Shown here piece after piece: positions 29,609 through 39,289 of a stretch of 64,000 bases of DNA. The DNA lies in assembly GCA_000965745.1 (NCBI GenBank), contig CP009479.1, forward strand, positions 1,728,001 through 1,792,000, read 5' to 3'. The notes beneath the pieces are model-generated. The model searched no databases, was not told where the DNA came from, and saw only the letters and a list, made by a program, of their open reading frames with translations. Each line of letters begins with the position of its first letter. The first letter of the stretch is position 1. The translations under genes were made by a program, and so were the position numbers. Source of the DNA: an uncultured archaeon. Lineage in GTDB: Archaea; Thermoplasmatota; Thermoplasmata; Thermoplasmatales; Thermoplasmataceae.

Positions 29609-30520
29609 ATGAAGGAAAAAGAAAAGATGGCCAAACCTCAAAAGAAGGACAGGAAACTATTCCGAAGGGTAATACTGATTTCAGTCATTTTTTCTGCGTG
29701 GGTACTTGTAGCTGAACATAGCTCTGCGGTGATATCAAACAGCCCATTCACCAATCTGCACTTACAGTTTATTATTTCTGGAACCCTTAATTTTATTGCA
29801 AATGAACTCAAAGGGGTAATACTCGCCATAGGTTTTGTGATTAATGGCCTTACCACCACGCCTTCCAACCTGACTTATCTTGCCGGACCTATTGATATTC
29901 TGGGAATAATCCCACTGTATTCACTTGTAAAAAGGAAAACAGATTCCAGAGGGGGAGCCTTCTTTGCGTCCCTCTTGTTTCTTTTCTTCGCCGTGCTTAT
30001 TGCACCCAGCTGGTTCAGCCTGCTTTACTTATCACTTTTCCCCACGTTGTTTATGTTTGGATTGGCCCTTTACGTCAAAAAGAGGAAGATTCTCTCATTC
30101 ATTTTCATGTTCCTTGCAATGTTTGTTGTTCCAATAGCATCAGTGGCAGTGTTTGTATTCGCAATCAACGTCTTCTACCATGGATGGGACTCCGGCAGGG
30201 AAAGTTTCTTCAGGAACAGTTACAGCATGGTTCTTGAAGGAGCTTCGGGATTCATATTTGTTGTGTTTATGCTGAAATACTCATACATGTTTTTCCTAAA
30301 CCCCTTTGCTGTCAAATCGGCGGATATGGAATACTTATCATTGTATAACACCCCTCTGAGCAACCCTGTGATTACCTATCCATTTGCAAATGTCATGCCC
30401 ATAGTGCCGGAGTTTTCTAGCATCCCCAGCCTGGAACTGAGTGGCCTTGTGATAGCGGTCATAGCAGGAATGTTTGTATTGGTCAGGATAATTTCGAAGA
30501 AGGTCAGCGAAGGTGAATGA
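29609..30520 (+). CDS. Polytopic membrane protein, degenerate DUF2079/GT-C-like
   Basis: Many TM segments; the IIPLYSLVKRK...LLFLF...SLFP...KKRK segment aligns by eye with the DUF2079 protein at 48632..50902. Confidence 0.55.
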   Translation: MKEKEKMAKPQKKDRKLFRRVILISVIFSAWVLVAEHSSAVISNSPFTNLHLQFIISGTLNFIANELKGVILAIGFVINGLTTTPSNLTYLAGPIDILGIIPLYSLVKRKTDSRGGAFFASLLFLFFAVLIAPSWFSLLYLSLFPTLFMFGLALYVKKRKILSFIFMFLAMFVVPIASVAVFVFAINVFYHGWDSGRESFFRNSYSMVLEGASGFIFVVFMLKYSYMFFLNPFAVKSADMEYLSLYNTPLSNPVITYPFANVMPIVPEFSSIPSLELSGLVIAVIAGMFVLVRIISKKVSEGE

Positions 30521-30540
30521 GTCTCTGCAGAGTCATTCAT

Positions 30541-31623
30541 TTATTGTTGCTTCATGATAGAAGGATCAACCTTTCTGTACACTTCCACCGTTGATTCTGC
30601 CATTCTTTCAATGGAATATTGCCGGGAAAATTCTATTAGATTAGATGGTTTATGCAAATTCCCCATGGCTTTCTCGATATCTACCCTTATAGCATCTTCT
30701 TCCAACTTTGTGAAGAAACCTTTATTACCCAAAGTTTCTTTGAAAACCTCCAGATCGTTGACCAAAACATTGGTTCCACAAGCCATAGCTTCAATACTCG
30801 TATATCCGAAACCTTCAGCTTCTGAGAGATGCACAAGTAGGTCAGCAGACGACATGTATTGCCTTAAAACTCCTTGCTCAACGGGACCAACCATTCTGAC
30901 ATTTGACTTATCTTTGATTAAAGATCTTAATTCGTCTCTTCTTGTTCCCCATGCGTTTACAGGACCAACATGAAGGACTTGATATTGCTCATCACCTCCA
31001 ATGGCGCGGAATAGAAGGTCATATCTTTTCCTAGGGTTCAAATCCCCGACTGTAAGGATGTGTTTCTTCCCCTCTTCCCAAAGTGTGCTGTTGGGGTCTC
31101 TGTAGAATGCTTGGTGATCTATAGACTGGTTGACGACATCTATTCTATCTTTGTTTGCGCCTGCTATTTCTACAAGATCCTTTTTTCCGGATTGAGTAAA
31201 AGATATAATGTGCTCGATCCTGTTTATCTTATCAAAAATCATCTTGTTACCGCGTTCTCTGTAGTAGGTGCCTGAAAACATCTCCTTCAATTTGAGGGGT
31301 ATGATGTCATGGACAGTTAATACATTGGTTCTTGGATGTATCACCTCCGGAGATAGTGAATGCACTATATTTCCTGCGGGTCTTTTTATCCTTGTTCCCA
31401 CAACTAGGCTGAGATTCCCCAACATTGGTTTTCCTGCTATGCTATACTCTCTTTTTGTAACTTCAATGGGCTCAATAGCCACCCCTATACTTTCAAGCCC
31501 CTTCAGTAGTCGCTTTGAATATTCCCCAAGGCCTGTACCTGCGGAAGATCCTACTCTTGAAACTGAATAGATAAGGGAAATCAATGCCTTACCATGCATA
31601 AGTAGTAAATTAATTGTAACCAC
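30541..31623 (-). CDS. Glycosyltransferase family 4
   Basis: TVHDIIP, VGDLNPRK, EGFGYTSIEAMACG. Confidence 0.88.
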   Translation of the reverse strand: MVTINLLLMHGKALISLIYSVSRVGSSAGTGLGEYSKRLLKGLESIGVAIEPIEVTKREYSIAGKPMLGNLSLVVGTRIKRPAGNIVHSLSPEVIHPRTNVLTVHDIIPLKLKEMFSGTYYRERGNKMIFDKINRIEHIISFTQSGKKDLVEIAGANKDRIDVVNQSIDHQAFYRDPNSTLWEEGKKHILTVGDLNPRKRYDLLFRAIGGDEQYQVLHVGPVNAWGTRRDELRSLIKDKSNVRMVGPVEQGVLRQYMSSADLLVHLSEAEGFGYTSIEAMACGTNVLVNDLEVFKETLGNKGFFTKLEEDAIRVDIEKAMGNLHKPSNLIEFSRQYSIERMAESTVEVYRKVDPSIMKQQ

Positions 31624-31669
31624 AATCAGTTATCACACTGTTTAATAACTTTACAAATATCTGCAACCG

Positions 31670-32452
31670 ATGAAAATACTGGTCACGGGACATAGAGGAT
31701 TCATTGGAGGGCATCTCTACTCAGAATTGAAAAAGCAAGGATACAATCCCGATGGATTTGACCTTAATGATCAACTAGTTGACCAGAAATATGACTACAT
31801 ATTCCATTTTGCTGCCAGAGGCCTCATAAGGAAGTCAATTGAGAAGCCATTTGAATATTTCCTTGATGACCTTGGCCTTACCCTCAGGATTCTTGAAATT
31901 GCAAGAAAACATGGTAGTACACTTATATTTCCGACATCAGGTTCTGTTGCTGAACCGACCAATCCATACTCCCTTTCCAAGAAACAATCTGTAGAATGGA
32001 TCAAGCTCTACGGAAAATTATACGGGCTCAAATACTACATACTGAAATTTTATAATATATATGGTGAAGGAAGTCGGAAAGGTGCTGTTTACCTTTTTAC
32101 AAAAGCAGCACTAAATGGCGGTGATATTGTAGTATATGGAGACGGGGACCATATCAGGGACTTCTTCAACGTTAAAGACGTAGTGCGTGGATGCATGAAG
32201 ATAATAGGCAATGAAATACATCCAGGCGAGTACGAATTCGGAAGCGGGATAGGAACTTCAGTCAAAGAATTGATAGCCAAGGTACAGGAAGAAACAGGCA
32301 AGTTTCTCAAAATAGAGAAGAAAGAGTATATACTGCCAGAAGCGGAGAGGCTGGTAGCTTCTAATCCAATAATCTCTGACCCCCTACCTCTTTCAGAAGG
32401 TATAAGACAGGTTAAGGCATTCGTCGAAAAAGAAAGTAGCGATTCTGCTTGA
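31670..32452 (+). CDS. NAD-dependent nucleotide-sugar epimerase/dehydratase (short form)
   Basis: VTGHRGFIG, HFAA, PYSLSK (YxxxK), NIYG, GDGDHIRDF. Confidence 0.88.
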   Translation: MKILVTGHRGFIGGHLYSELKKQGYNPDGFDLNDQLVDQKYDYIFHFAARGLIRKSIEKPFEYFLDDLGLTLRILEIARKHGSTLIFPTSGSVAEPTNPYSLSKKQSVEWIKLYGKLYGLKYYILKFYNIYGEGSRKGAVYLFTKAALNGGDIVVYGDGDHIRDFFNVKDVVRGCMKIIGNEIHPGEYEFGSGIGTSVKELIAKVQEETGKFLKIEKKEYILPEAERLVASNPIISDPLPLSEGIRQVKAFVEKESSDSA

Positions 32453-32534
32453 TCCATTAGGTTTATGAAAAACATTATTATCGGAGGGTGATTATGTATA
32501 TTCAAGTAAAGAGGAGGAATACGACGGGGTTGGC

Positions 32535-33362
32535 ATGACTGTCTGTATTGAAATTGTTGTCCTTAATGACCAGAGAATTTTCAAATGTCTTGAATCACTT
32601 AGAAACCAGGAAATGGTGCCAGATAGGATTCTGATAGCTGATGGAGGCTCGACAAGTGAATTTCTCAACGGTATCAAGAAAGAATTTTCCGATTTGCCGA
32701 TCGATATTAAGGACCTGCCTGGACTTCCCGTCGAAACACGGTATAAATCTTTGAGATATTTGTCTGAAGACATAACTGTATTTCTGGATTCTGATCAGTA
32801 TGCTCCCAAGGAGTGGTTGAAGCTTATCATTTCACCGTTCTCATCATACAATCAAAATCTCGCCTACACGGGAGGGCCAACAAAGCCCTATAAGAAGCCG
32901 ACCAGCAAAATTGAAGAGTACCTCGCGTTGCTGGAGGAGCACATTTACGGAGACGATATCTCAAAAAGCTTGACATATATTCCGCTTGGTAACACTGCTT
33001 GGCGCACGGAAGTGCTTCTAAACCTCAAATTTGACAAAAGACTCAAATTCGAGGCAGAAGATAACGATTTGGAAACACGCGCATACAATTCCGGTTATCA
33101 TGGGAAATTTGTCAAAGAGGCTTGGGTGTGGCATGACAAAACCATCGATAAGAGTGTTTACAGGGCAATGAAAAAGAGGTATCGTTACTTAGTCGGCGCA
33201 GCCACGGTATTTTTAAAAAATGGAACCATTGGTCAAAGAAGTAAAGAGAGGAGGAAAATGATTAGGCACGCTTACGCCGTGTTGGAGTTATTACTGAAGC
33301 CCATTGCTTTCCTTCATGCTTTCGTGAGATGGAACATCCACATTAAGAAAATTGAAGAATAA
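32535..33362 (+). CDS. Glycosyltransferase family 2
   Basis: CLESL, ADGGS, FLDSD, EDNDL. Confidence 0.82.
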   Translation: MTVCIEIVVLNDQRIFKCLESLRNQEMVPDRILIADGGSTSEFLNGIKKEFSDLPIDIKDLPGLPVETRYKSLRYLSEDITVFLDSDQYAPKEWLKLIISPFSSYNQNLAYTGGPTKPYKKPTSKIEEYLALLEEHIYGDDISKSLTYIPLGNTAWRTEVLLNLKFDKRLKFEAEDNDLETRAYNSGYHGKFVKEAWVWHDKTIDKSVYRAMKKRYRYLVGAATVFLKNGTIGQRSKERRKMIRHAYAVLELLLKPIAFLHAFVRWNIHIKKIEE

Positions 33363-33376
33363 GATTCCACTGTCTG

Positions 33377-34789
33377 TCACGCCTTCGGTGGTTTGATAGG
33401 ATCTGACGGGAATAGAAATTCGCTGTTTCCGGCAAAAATCATCAGCTCATCAAGAAGAGTTTGGGCGATCTCGAGATTCTCACTTATTTCGACAGGGTTG
33501 CAATGATGGGAAAATTCCTCAATTGTTCCTCTGGAGCCGTTGACAGTCAAACTATAGCCGTTTTGGGACCAAACCCTTTTTCTTATTTCAGGAGGATATT
33601 CCTTGGCCATATCCCCAAGAAATAGGTTCCATTTAGGTTCGTTGTATCCGAACGCCTCAGAGAATACATAGTCATGCAAAGCCATTCCACTGGATCCATC
33701 CTTTGCGACACCAAGAATAAAGTCGTAAATGTCCACCGTGTTTACGTAGTCATCCACAGTTGAAGGGGATTTCCCTGGTATTTTTATCAACAGAGGCACA
33801 TTGACGACCGCATCATTCAACTTGTACTCGTGACCTATGTAAAGATTCTCACCCATGGACTGTCCATGATCCGAAGTCACAACAATTATGCTATCGTCGT
33901 ATGAACCAGATGACTTCAAGTACTGAACCAATGAACCAATAAACTCGTCTACCAATTGCACTTCGTTCAGGAGAGCTTCCCTGGCACTTTCGAGCGTAGA
34001 TGAATGTTTTTCAGCTCCCTCCAAGTTTCCTGTGAAACTAGCTCTAAAATAGCTTCGTCTGGCTATTTCAAATGGGTCCCTGCTGTCGAAAAATTTCATT
34101 TTACTTCGGCGAAAATTATAGGGCTCATGCATTTCAATGCAATTCAGAACAGCAAGGAATGGAGATTTGGGATTGGAATTTATGAATTCCTGCAACACAT
34201 CTTTATGGCCTTTATAGTGTGGAAACCCTATTCTTCTATTGTACAACCTCCTTCTGACTCCTAGGCTGATAATTTTTAAGAGATTTGAAGTCCCAATCAA
34301 CTTTCTGAGTTCAAATAACTTGCCTATACTCTGGTACTTGTTCAGTGGTTCCCCGTTTGATAGGGCATGCTGCTGTCTTGAATATTCCATTTGCTTTACG
34401 ACCGGGCCAACGTTTACAACCTGGTCAAAGCCCTGCTGAAATGCGGTGTCTTTGCCAACAAGGATGTTTGCGGATACCAGGATTGTTTTGTATCCTTCTG
34501 CTCTAAGTTTTTCCTGGAAAGTCTTATTCTGTTGTGGGAATGAGGAAATGGCACGCACCATTTCACTGTCATTAAACCTCATGGTCATACCATGTTCAGA
34601 GGGGTATAAGCCAGTAAAAATGGACGCATGGGTTGGGATTGTCCAGGGGGATGGTGAAACTGCATTTCTGTAAACAGTAGACTCTGAAGCCAGTTTTTTA
34701 AGATTGGGCAGTTTATCAAGATTGTTGTAGAGAGTATCTCTCCTGAGCGTGTCAAGCACGATCAGTAGCACGTTGCTCTTCTTCATCAC
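33377..34789 (-). CDS. Sulfatase-like / alkaline-phosphatase superfamily protein
   Basis: IVLDTLR, SPWTIPTHASIFTG.YPSEHG, MHEPY, TSDHG..GE..GH, VPLLI. Confidence 0.85.
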   Translation of the reverse strand: MMKKSNVLLIVLDTLRRDTLYNNLDKLPNLKKLASESTVYRNAVSPSPWTIPTHASIFTGLYPSEHGMTMRFNDSEMVRAISSFPQQNKTFQEKLRAEGYKTILVSANILVGKDTAFQQGFDQVVNVGPVVKQMEYSRQQHALSNGEPLNKYQSIGKLFELRKLIGTSNLLKIISLGVRRRLYNRRIGFPHYKGHKDVLQEFINSNPKSPFLAVLNCIEMHEPYNFRRSKMKFFDSRDPFEIARRSYFRASFTGNLEGAEKHSSTLESAREALLNEVQLVDEFIGSLVQYLKSSGSYDDSIIVVTSDHGQSMGENLYIGHEYKLNDAVVNVPLLIKIPGKSPSTVDDYVNTVDIYDFILGVAKDGSSGMALHDYVFSEAFGYNEPKWNLFLGDMAKEYPPEIRKRVWSQNGYSLTVNGSRGTIEEFSHHCNPVEISENLEIAQTLLDELMIFAGNSEFLFPSDPIKPPKA

Positions 34790-35586
34790 ATGTAACCCAT
34801 TGATCTTAATTTTTCCATCATGCCTTCTTTGTCCTGAGACCTACCAGCTCTTTCCCCGGTGTTCTCAAGATCTTGTTCCCAGGCTGGGAGATCAGACTGT
34901 TTTGTTGAATCGTGAATGCCATCAATGGATCTGAATCCTTCTTTGTATTTCGGATGGATGGGAAGATTGTTGTCGAAAATATATGTCCAAACATCCTTCT
35001 CCATGAATGGCAGTATAGGCTGGACCCTTACATGCTCGGGATTTTCCCTTGAGGAGATGAACACTTCGGTTGACCTCGCCGTGTTCTCGTCCCATCTTAC
35101 ACCGGTAACCAGGGCATTGAATCTATACCTCGCAATCGCGTTGTTCATGGCAACTGTCTTGAGAAGGTGATTTCCCACTTGTGTGTCAAGCGAGTACTCA
35201 AAGGAATCTTCCTCAAAACCTATTCTCCTTGCTTCACTCCTGTTCTGTTCATTCAGATCAGCAAGCTTAATCACTCCGTCCTTGACGTTGTTTATAACAT
35301 CGTCATTCCTCGCCATGATGACTTTGAATCCCCAATCCTCACTTATCTTCTTTAACATATCTAAGGTTTCCTGGAAGTGGTCACCGTGGTCTATAAACAT
35401 CGCCGGAGGTAGCTTCATGTTGAGTTCGTCAGTGACTTTCTTGACAAGATGCAGTGCTACCGTACTATCCTTGCCTGCACTCCACACAACAGTTGGCCTG
35501 TTGAATTTTTTAAAGGCTCCCTTTATCACTATCTTTGAAATTTCCTCTTTGAATTCTATGTCCAGTATGCTTTCCTTTCTTGTCAT
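34786..35586 (-). CDS. PAPS-reductase-fold protein, CysD-like (sulfate adenylyltransferase subunit 2-like)
   Basis: WSAGKDS PP-loop, LLKT, GVRWDE..AR, RVQPIL..E.DVW, GFRS, C-terminal ERAGR.QDKE..MEKLRSMGYM; no ECGLH motif; start placed at MTRKES. Confidence 0.78.
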   Translation of the reverse strand: MTRKESILDIEFKEEISKIVIKGAFKKFNRPTVVWSAGKDSTVALHLVKKVTDELNMKLPPAMFIDHGDHFQETLDMLKKISEDWGFKVIMARNDDVINNVKDGVIKLADLNEQNRSEARRIGFEEDSFEYSLDTQVGNHLLKTVAMNNAIARYRFNALVTGVRWDENTARSTEVFISSRENPEHVRVQPILPFMEKDVWTYIFDNNLPIHPKYKEGFRSIDGIHDSTKQSDLPAWEQDLENTGERAGRSQDKEGMMEKLRSMGYM

Positions 35587-35776
35587 TGGTGAGAGTAGAT
35601 TATATAATTGTTCTAATAGTCTTTTCCATTGGTATCTCAAGATACAAAAACCCGAAAAAGGGAGGAGAACCATACATTTTATAGATAAATGGAACACTTT
35701 GGCGGCTACTGAATTTTCAGTTGTATTCCGGAGAAAGTACAATAGGTCTTAAATATCCTGGCAGAATCGCAGGTTA

Positions 35777-36856
35777 TTGTCCATCGAAGTGGAAAAGACT
35801 TCGTTAAAGTCAAGTGCAGGGAACTCATCCGATCTCACGAATGGATATGACATAAGTGTGGTAATAATATCCCATTCAAGAAAAGAATTCATTCTAGATG
35901 CTTTCAGATCTGTCATTGAACAGACTTTTCCGCGAGATAGATTCGAGGTAGTTGTTGTCAAGAATTACGAAGATGAAGAGATCGACGGCGAGCTGCAGGC
36001 TAATCAAGCTAAACTTGTGTTGGAACTCAAAGAGAGCTTTGGGGCCAAAATAGCTTCAGGAATCGAAAACTCGACTGGGCGTACAATATGCTTTCTCGAT
36101 GACGATGACATCTGGAGCAAAGAAAAACTTGAGACCGTTTACACTTTATTTCAGAGCCCAGATGTCGTCTACTATCATAACAGCCAGTTATTCGTCGATT
36201 CAGAATTAAAACCCCTGGAGAAAGATCTGCTTCCTTCGGAACTTGGAAAAATGAATGAGATTGGGCGCCTCGAGATTTCAAAAGACTCAGGGAAACGGAA
36301 ACTTGGCCTCATCTATTCGGCATCCTCAGATTTCAATCTAAGCTCCATATCCGTCAGTAGGGAGTTCATCCAGAAATTCAACAGTGTGATTGGGGCATTC
36401 GACTCGACTCTGGATTCCCTGATATTCTATCTTGCTTTTGGTTCTGGCAGCAAACTGATCTTGGATTCAAGACAGCTGACAAGCTACAGAAAGCATCAAA
36501 ATAACATATCAAAAATTGCGCTATCCGGGACAGACAAAGGTTCAGACATAAGAAAGAATTTTATTTTGAGACAGGCAAGAGGTTTTGCAGAAATCTGTGA
36601 TTATTTCAAGAGAAATGGAGACTCAAAAACTTATAGGACAGTTTGCCCTGTAGCAATAGGTCTCGAGATGATCGCCAACCTCCAGGACGGTCATCTGGGC
36701 AGATCAAGGCTTCTTGCAAAGCTTCTGAAATTCATAGCTACTGCAGGCATAGACCTCATGATGGCAAGGAAAGATTTTGCGTTCTACGGTCTTCTGCAGA
36801 TAATATCGCCCAGAAAAGCCAAATCAGTTTATGTTGAACGCAGCGGGAACCTGTAA
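35777..36856 (+). CDS. Glycosyltransferase family 2
   Basis: ISVVII..SR..F..A..SV..QT...FEVVVVKNY, FLDDDD, FNLSSI. Confidence 0.87.
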   Translation: MSIEVEKTSLKSSAGNSSDLTNGYDISVVIISHSRKEFILDAFRSVIEQTFPRDRFEVVVVKNYEDEEIDGELQANQAKLVLELKESFGAKIASGIENSTGRTICFLDDDDIWSKEKLETVYTLFQSPDVVYYHNSQLFVDSELKPLEKDLLPSELGKMNEIGRLEISKDSGKRKLGLIYSASSDFNLSSISVSREFIQKFNSVIGAFDSTLDSLIFYLAFGSGSKLILDSRQLTSYRKHQNNISKIALSGTDKGSDIRKNFILRQARGFAEICDYFKRNGDSKTYRTVCPVAIGLEMIANLQDGHLGRSRLLAKLLKFIATAGIDLMMARKDFAFYGLLQIISPRKAKSVYVERSGNL

Positions 36857-36868
36857 TTTTTATTCGGG

Positions 36869-36888
36869 TTGCAACCGCAAGGTTGCAA
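36869..36888. terminator. Perfect 8-bp hairpin between convergent GT2 genes
   Basis: TTGCAACC-GCAA-GGTTGCAA, preceded by a T-run after the 36856 stop. Confidence 0.45.
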
Positions 36889-36907
36889 ACACCGTGAAGT
36901 AGAAACA

Positions 36908-38002
36908 TCAATGGCTGGTCGGCATACCTTCATCATTGCCCGCACCCACCGAGAGGGCTATCTGGGCTCTTCTATCCATATATGATTTCCTGGCCTTCTC
37001 AGGGTTAATGGCAGCAAGGAACGAGTAATAGACCACATCCTTCCTGTGTATTATCTCTGAGATTCTGGAGTGTGCGAGATAGCTGAACACGTTAATAAGG
37101 TTACTGAGTCTCCCGGAACGTCTGTTTATGATGTTATGGAAAATGAGCGAAATGAAGTAATAATGGGCTGTTGACCGGATGAGATCTTTTGCATCCGTAT
37201 CCTTGGCAAGATCGTAAAACGCCTTTCTGTTCTCATACATCATTTCCATTGTATTCCCTATACGCTCGACCCATCCTTCTGAGTTCACTGCAGAATCAAG
37301 GGACGTATTCTGTTGATGGAATCTGAAGGAGCTTGATTTGACGGCGTCCACCATTATAACTCCCTTCATTCTTACCGCAAGGATGTACATTATCGTGTCC
37401 ATACCAAGCTTGAGTGAGGATATGATTTCGGAATTCTCGCTCACAAGGCGACGCCGGACAGCTATGGCTGACAGGTTGTACGTCGCTGTATCGAATTCCC
37501 TGTACGGGTTGTGCCTCTCCCCCCCTGAATAACTGTATCTAATGGTTCCAATTCTTTCGACTGACCTTATGAATTGTTCAATAACCGGCCTTCCCGCAAT
37601 CTCATTACCGTCCCCATCGATGAAATTGGTGAGGTTATGATAATAGATCAGGTCCCCGTCACTCATGAATGCTTCTTGAACCCTCTGTAGCTTGTCACTC
37701 CTGAAAATATCATCATCCTCAAGGAAAGCTATCACATTTCCACTGGCAATGGAGAGACCCTCCATTATTTTTTTACCCTGGCTTTCTTCCGCGCTTTTCA
37801 GCCACTTGACCATGTTCGCGTTGAGGTATTCTTCCAAGTTAGCGTTCATGTAGTTGGATACAAGGATGATCTCGTAGTGCTCTCTGCTAAGAGTCTGGTT
37901 GAGAGTGCTCTCTATGGCCTCCATGAGGAACGGGCGCTCTTTGTATGCGGTGATTATGACAGAGATCTCAACGCTCATGTCTGCTAAAGTAATCTTATTC
38001 AT
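36908..38002 (-). CDS. Glycosyltransferase family 2
   Basis: ISVIITAY.ER.FL.EAIES.LNQTL, FLEDDD, YNLSAI. Confidence 0.87.
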   Translation of the reverse strand: MNKITLADMSVEISVIITAYKERPFLMEAIESTLNQTLSREHYEIILVSNYMNANLEEYLNANMVKWLKSAEESQGKKIMEGLSIASGNVIAFLEDDDIFRSDKLQRVQEAFMSDGDLIYYHNLTNFIDGDGNEIAGRPVIEQFIRSVERIGTIRYSYSGGERHNPYREFDTATYNLSAIAVRRRLVSENSEIISSLKLGMDTIMYILAVRMKGVIMVDAVKSSSFRFHQQNTSLDSAVNSEGWVERIGNTMEMMYENRKAFYDLAKDTDAKDLIRSTAHYYFISLIFHNIINRRSGRLSNLINVFSYLAHSRISEIIHRKDVVYYSFLAAINPEKARKSYMDRRAQIALSVGAGNDEGMPTSH

Positions 38003-38168
38003 ATCTAATTAATGTCTCTTTTCTGACCCCATTATTCCACCTAGAAACTAATAGCATTGGCAGTGGGTATCTTTCACGATTCTGGCAACCATTAGAGATT
38101 TCAAGACACACATACCTACATAAATACCTAGAAAAAAGGGATATTAGAAAGAACAGAGATTCAACTTC

Positions 38169-39062
38169 GTGGAACAGGTAACATTTATAAATAGAAAAGA
38201 GCAGGAATCTACAGTTTCATCACCCGCAATGGATTACCTGAATATCTTTGTGCGAGGAAACAGACTTGCGAAGAAAATGATCTGGAAGAACAGGTACTTC
38301 AGGGACCTGGGTGATATTTACTCGAGAAGGATCAGTTTTAGTGAGAAGATAAGGGATATACTTTCAACAGAGGTCAAGAAATCAAACTTTAAAGAGTGGT
38401 CAGATTTCCCGAAGAAGATCGCGAGGGAGCACTATGGGATTGAGTTTCCACATGAGACGCCGAGTCTCGCACTGCAGGAAGTCTTCATGGCCAACATCTA
38501 TTTCTCATTCCCAGAATTCATCCCTGAAAAAGGTGAAACAGTCGTTGACGCAGGATCGCAGTACGGGGATTATTCTCTCCTGTGTTCCAAAGTTTACGGG
38601 GCCGGAAAGGTGATATCCTTCGAGCCTCTGGAGCACATATACGATGCATTTGTGCGGGCAGTTCAGATGAACTCGGTCAACAACATCGAGATACACAACG
38701 CTGCTGTATCTTCCTCTGATTCCACGGTAGAGATACACAATTTCGATGGACAGATGGGCTCAAAATTCGGCAATTCTCCTACAAAGGCAGTAAAATCGGT
38801 CAAGCTTGATTCGGTTGTTTCCGGGCAGGTGGATATTCTCAAGATAGACGTCGAGGGTTTCGAGATAGATGCACTGGAAGGTGCTAGACGAATCATCAAG
38901 GAGAATCATCCAAAGATTATCATAGAAGTCCATTCTAGGGATCTCAAGAGAAAGACTCTGAATCTACTGGAGGAATACGAGTACATCGTTATACATGAGG
39001 GAAGGAAAGCTTACAGCACTTCAGGGCACATCGATATGATCCAAAACCTGTACCTTTACTGA
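38169..39062 (+). CDS. FkbM family methyltransferase
   Basis: VDAGSQYGDYS, FEP, LD, KIDVEGFE..L.GA, IEVH. Confidence 0.88.
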   Translation: MEQVTFINRKEQESTVSSPAMDYLNIFVRGNRLAKKMIWKNRYFRDLGDIYSRRISFSEKIRDILSTEVKKSNFKEWSDFPKKIAREHYGIEFPHETPSLALQEVFMANIYFSFPEFIPEKGETVVDAGSQYGDYSLLCSKVYGAGKVISFEPLEHIYDAFVRAVQMNSVNNIEIHNAAVSSSDSTVEIHNFDGQMGSKFGNSPTKAVKSVKLDSVVSGQVDILKIDVEGFEIDALEGARRIIKENHPKIIIEVHSRDLKRKTLNLLEEYEYIVIHEGRKAYSTSGHIDMIQNLYLY

Positions 39063-39289
39063 CCTTTTTTTTGGCCTTGAATTTAAGGTAGGACGCAACA
39101 CTTCTGGAGGATAAACTTTTTAACTTTTATGCTGGTGTGTGAGGATAGTAAACACACTTCATATTCTACTGGATATGTCGTGTTGACTGATTATCGCCTA
39201 TGGACTTCCGGAATTCGGTTATCTGAATTACCGGGATTGTGCTGAAAGCTGGGCACTGGGAGCCGACTTAATAAAAAGAGAGAGGAGGA

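Noticed and set aside
34786-35742. cysH PAPS reductase with the long N-terminus given in the ORF track
   Set aside because: No C-terminal ECGLH or Fe-S cysteines. The first 52 codons look like AT-rich intergenic sequence.
39139-39190. Possible box C/D sRNA (GTGAGGA...CTGA, 52 nt) in a long convergent intergenic gap
   Set aside because: The C box is imperfect, the internal D'/C' boxes are degenerate and I could not identify an rRNA/tRNA target. It would need snoscan or RNA-seq.
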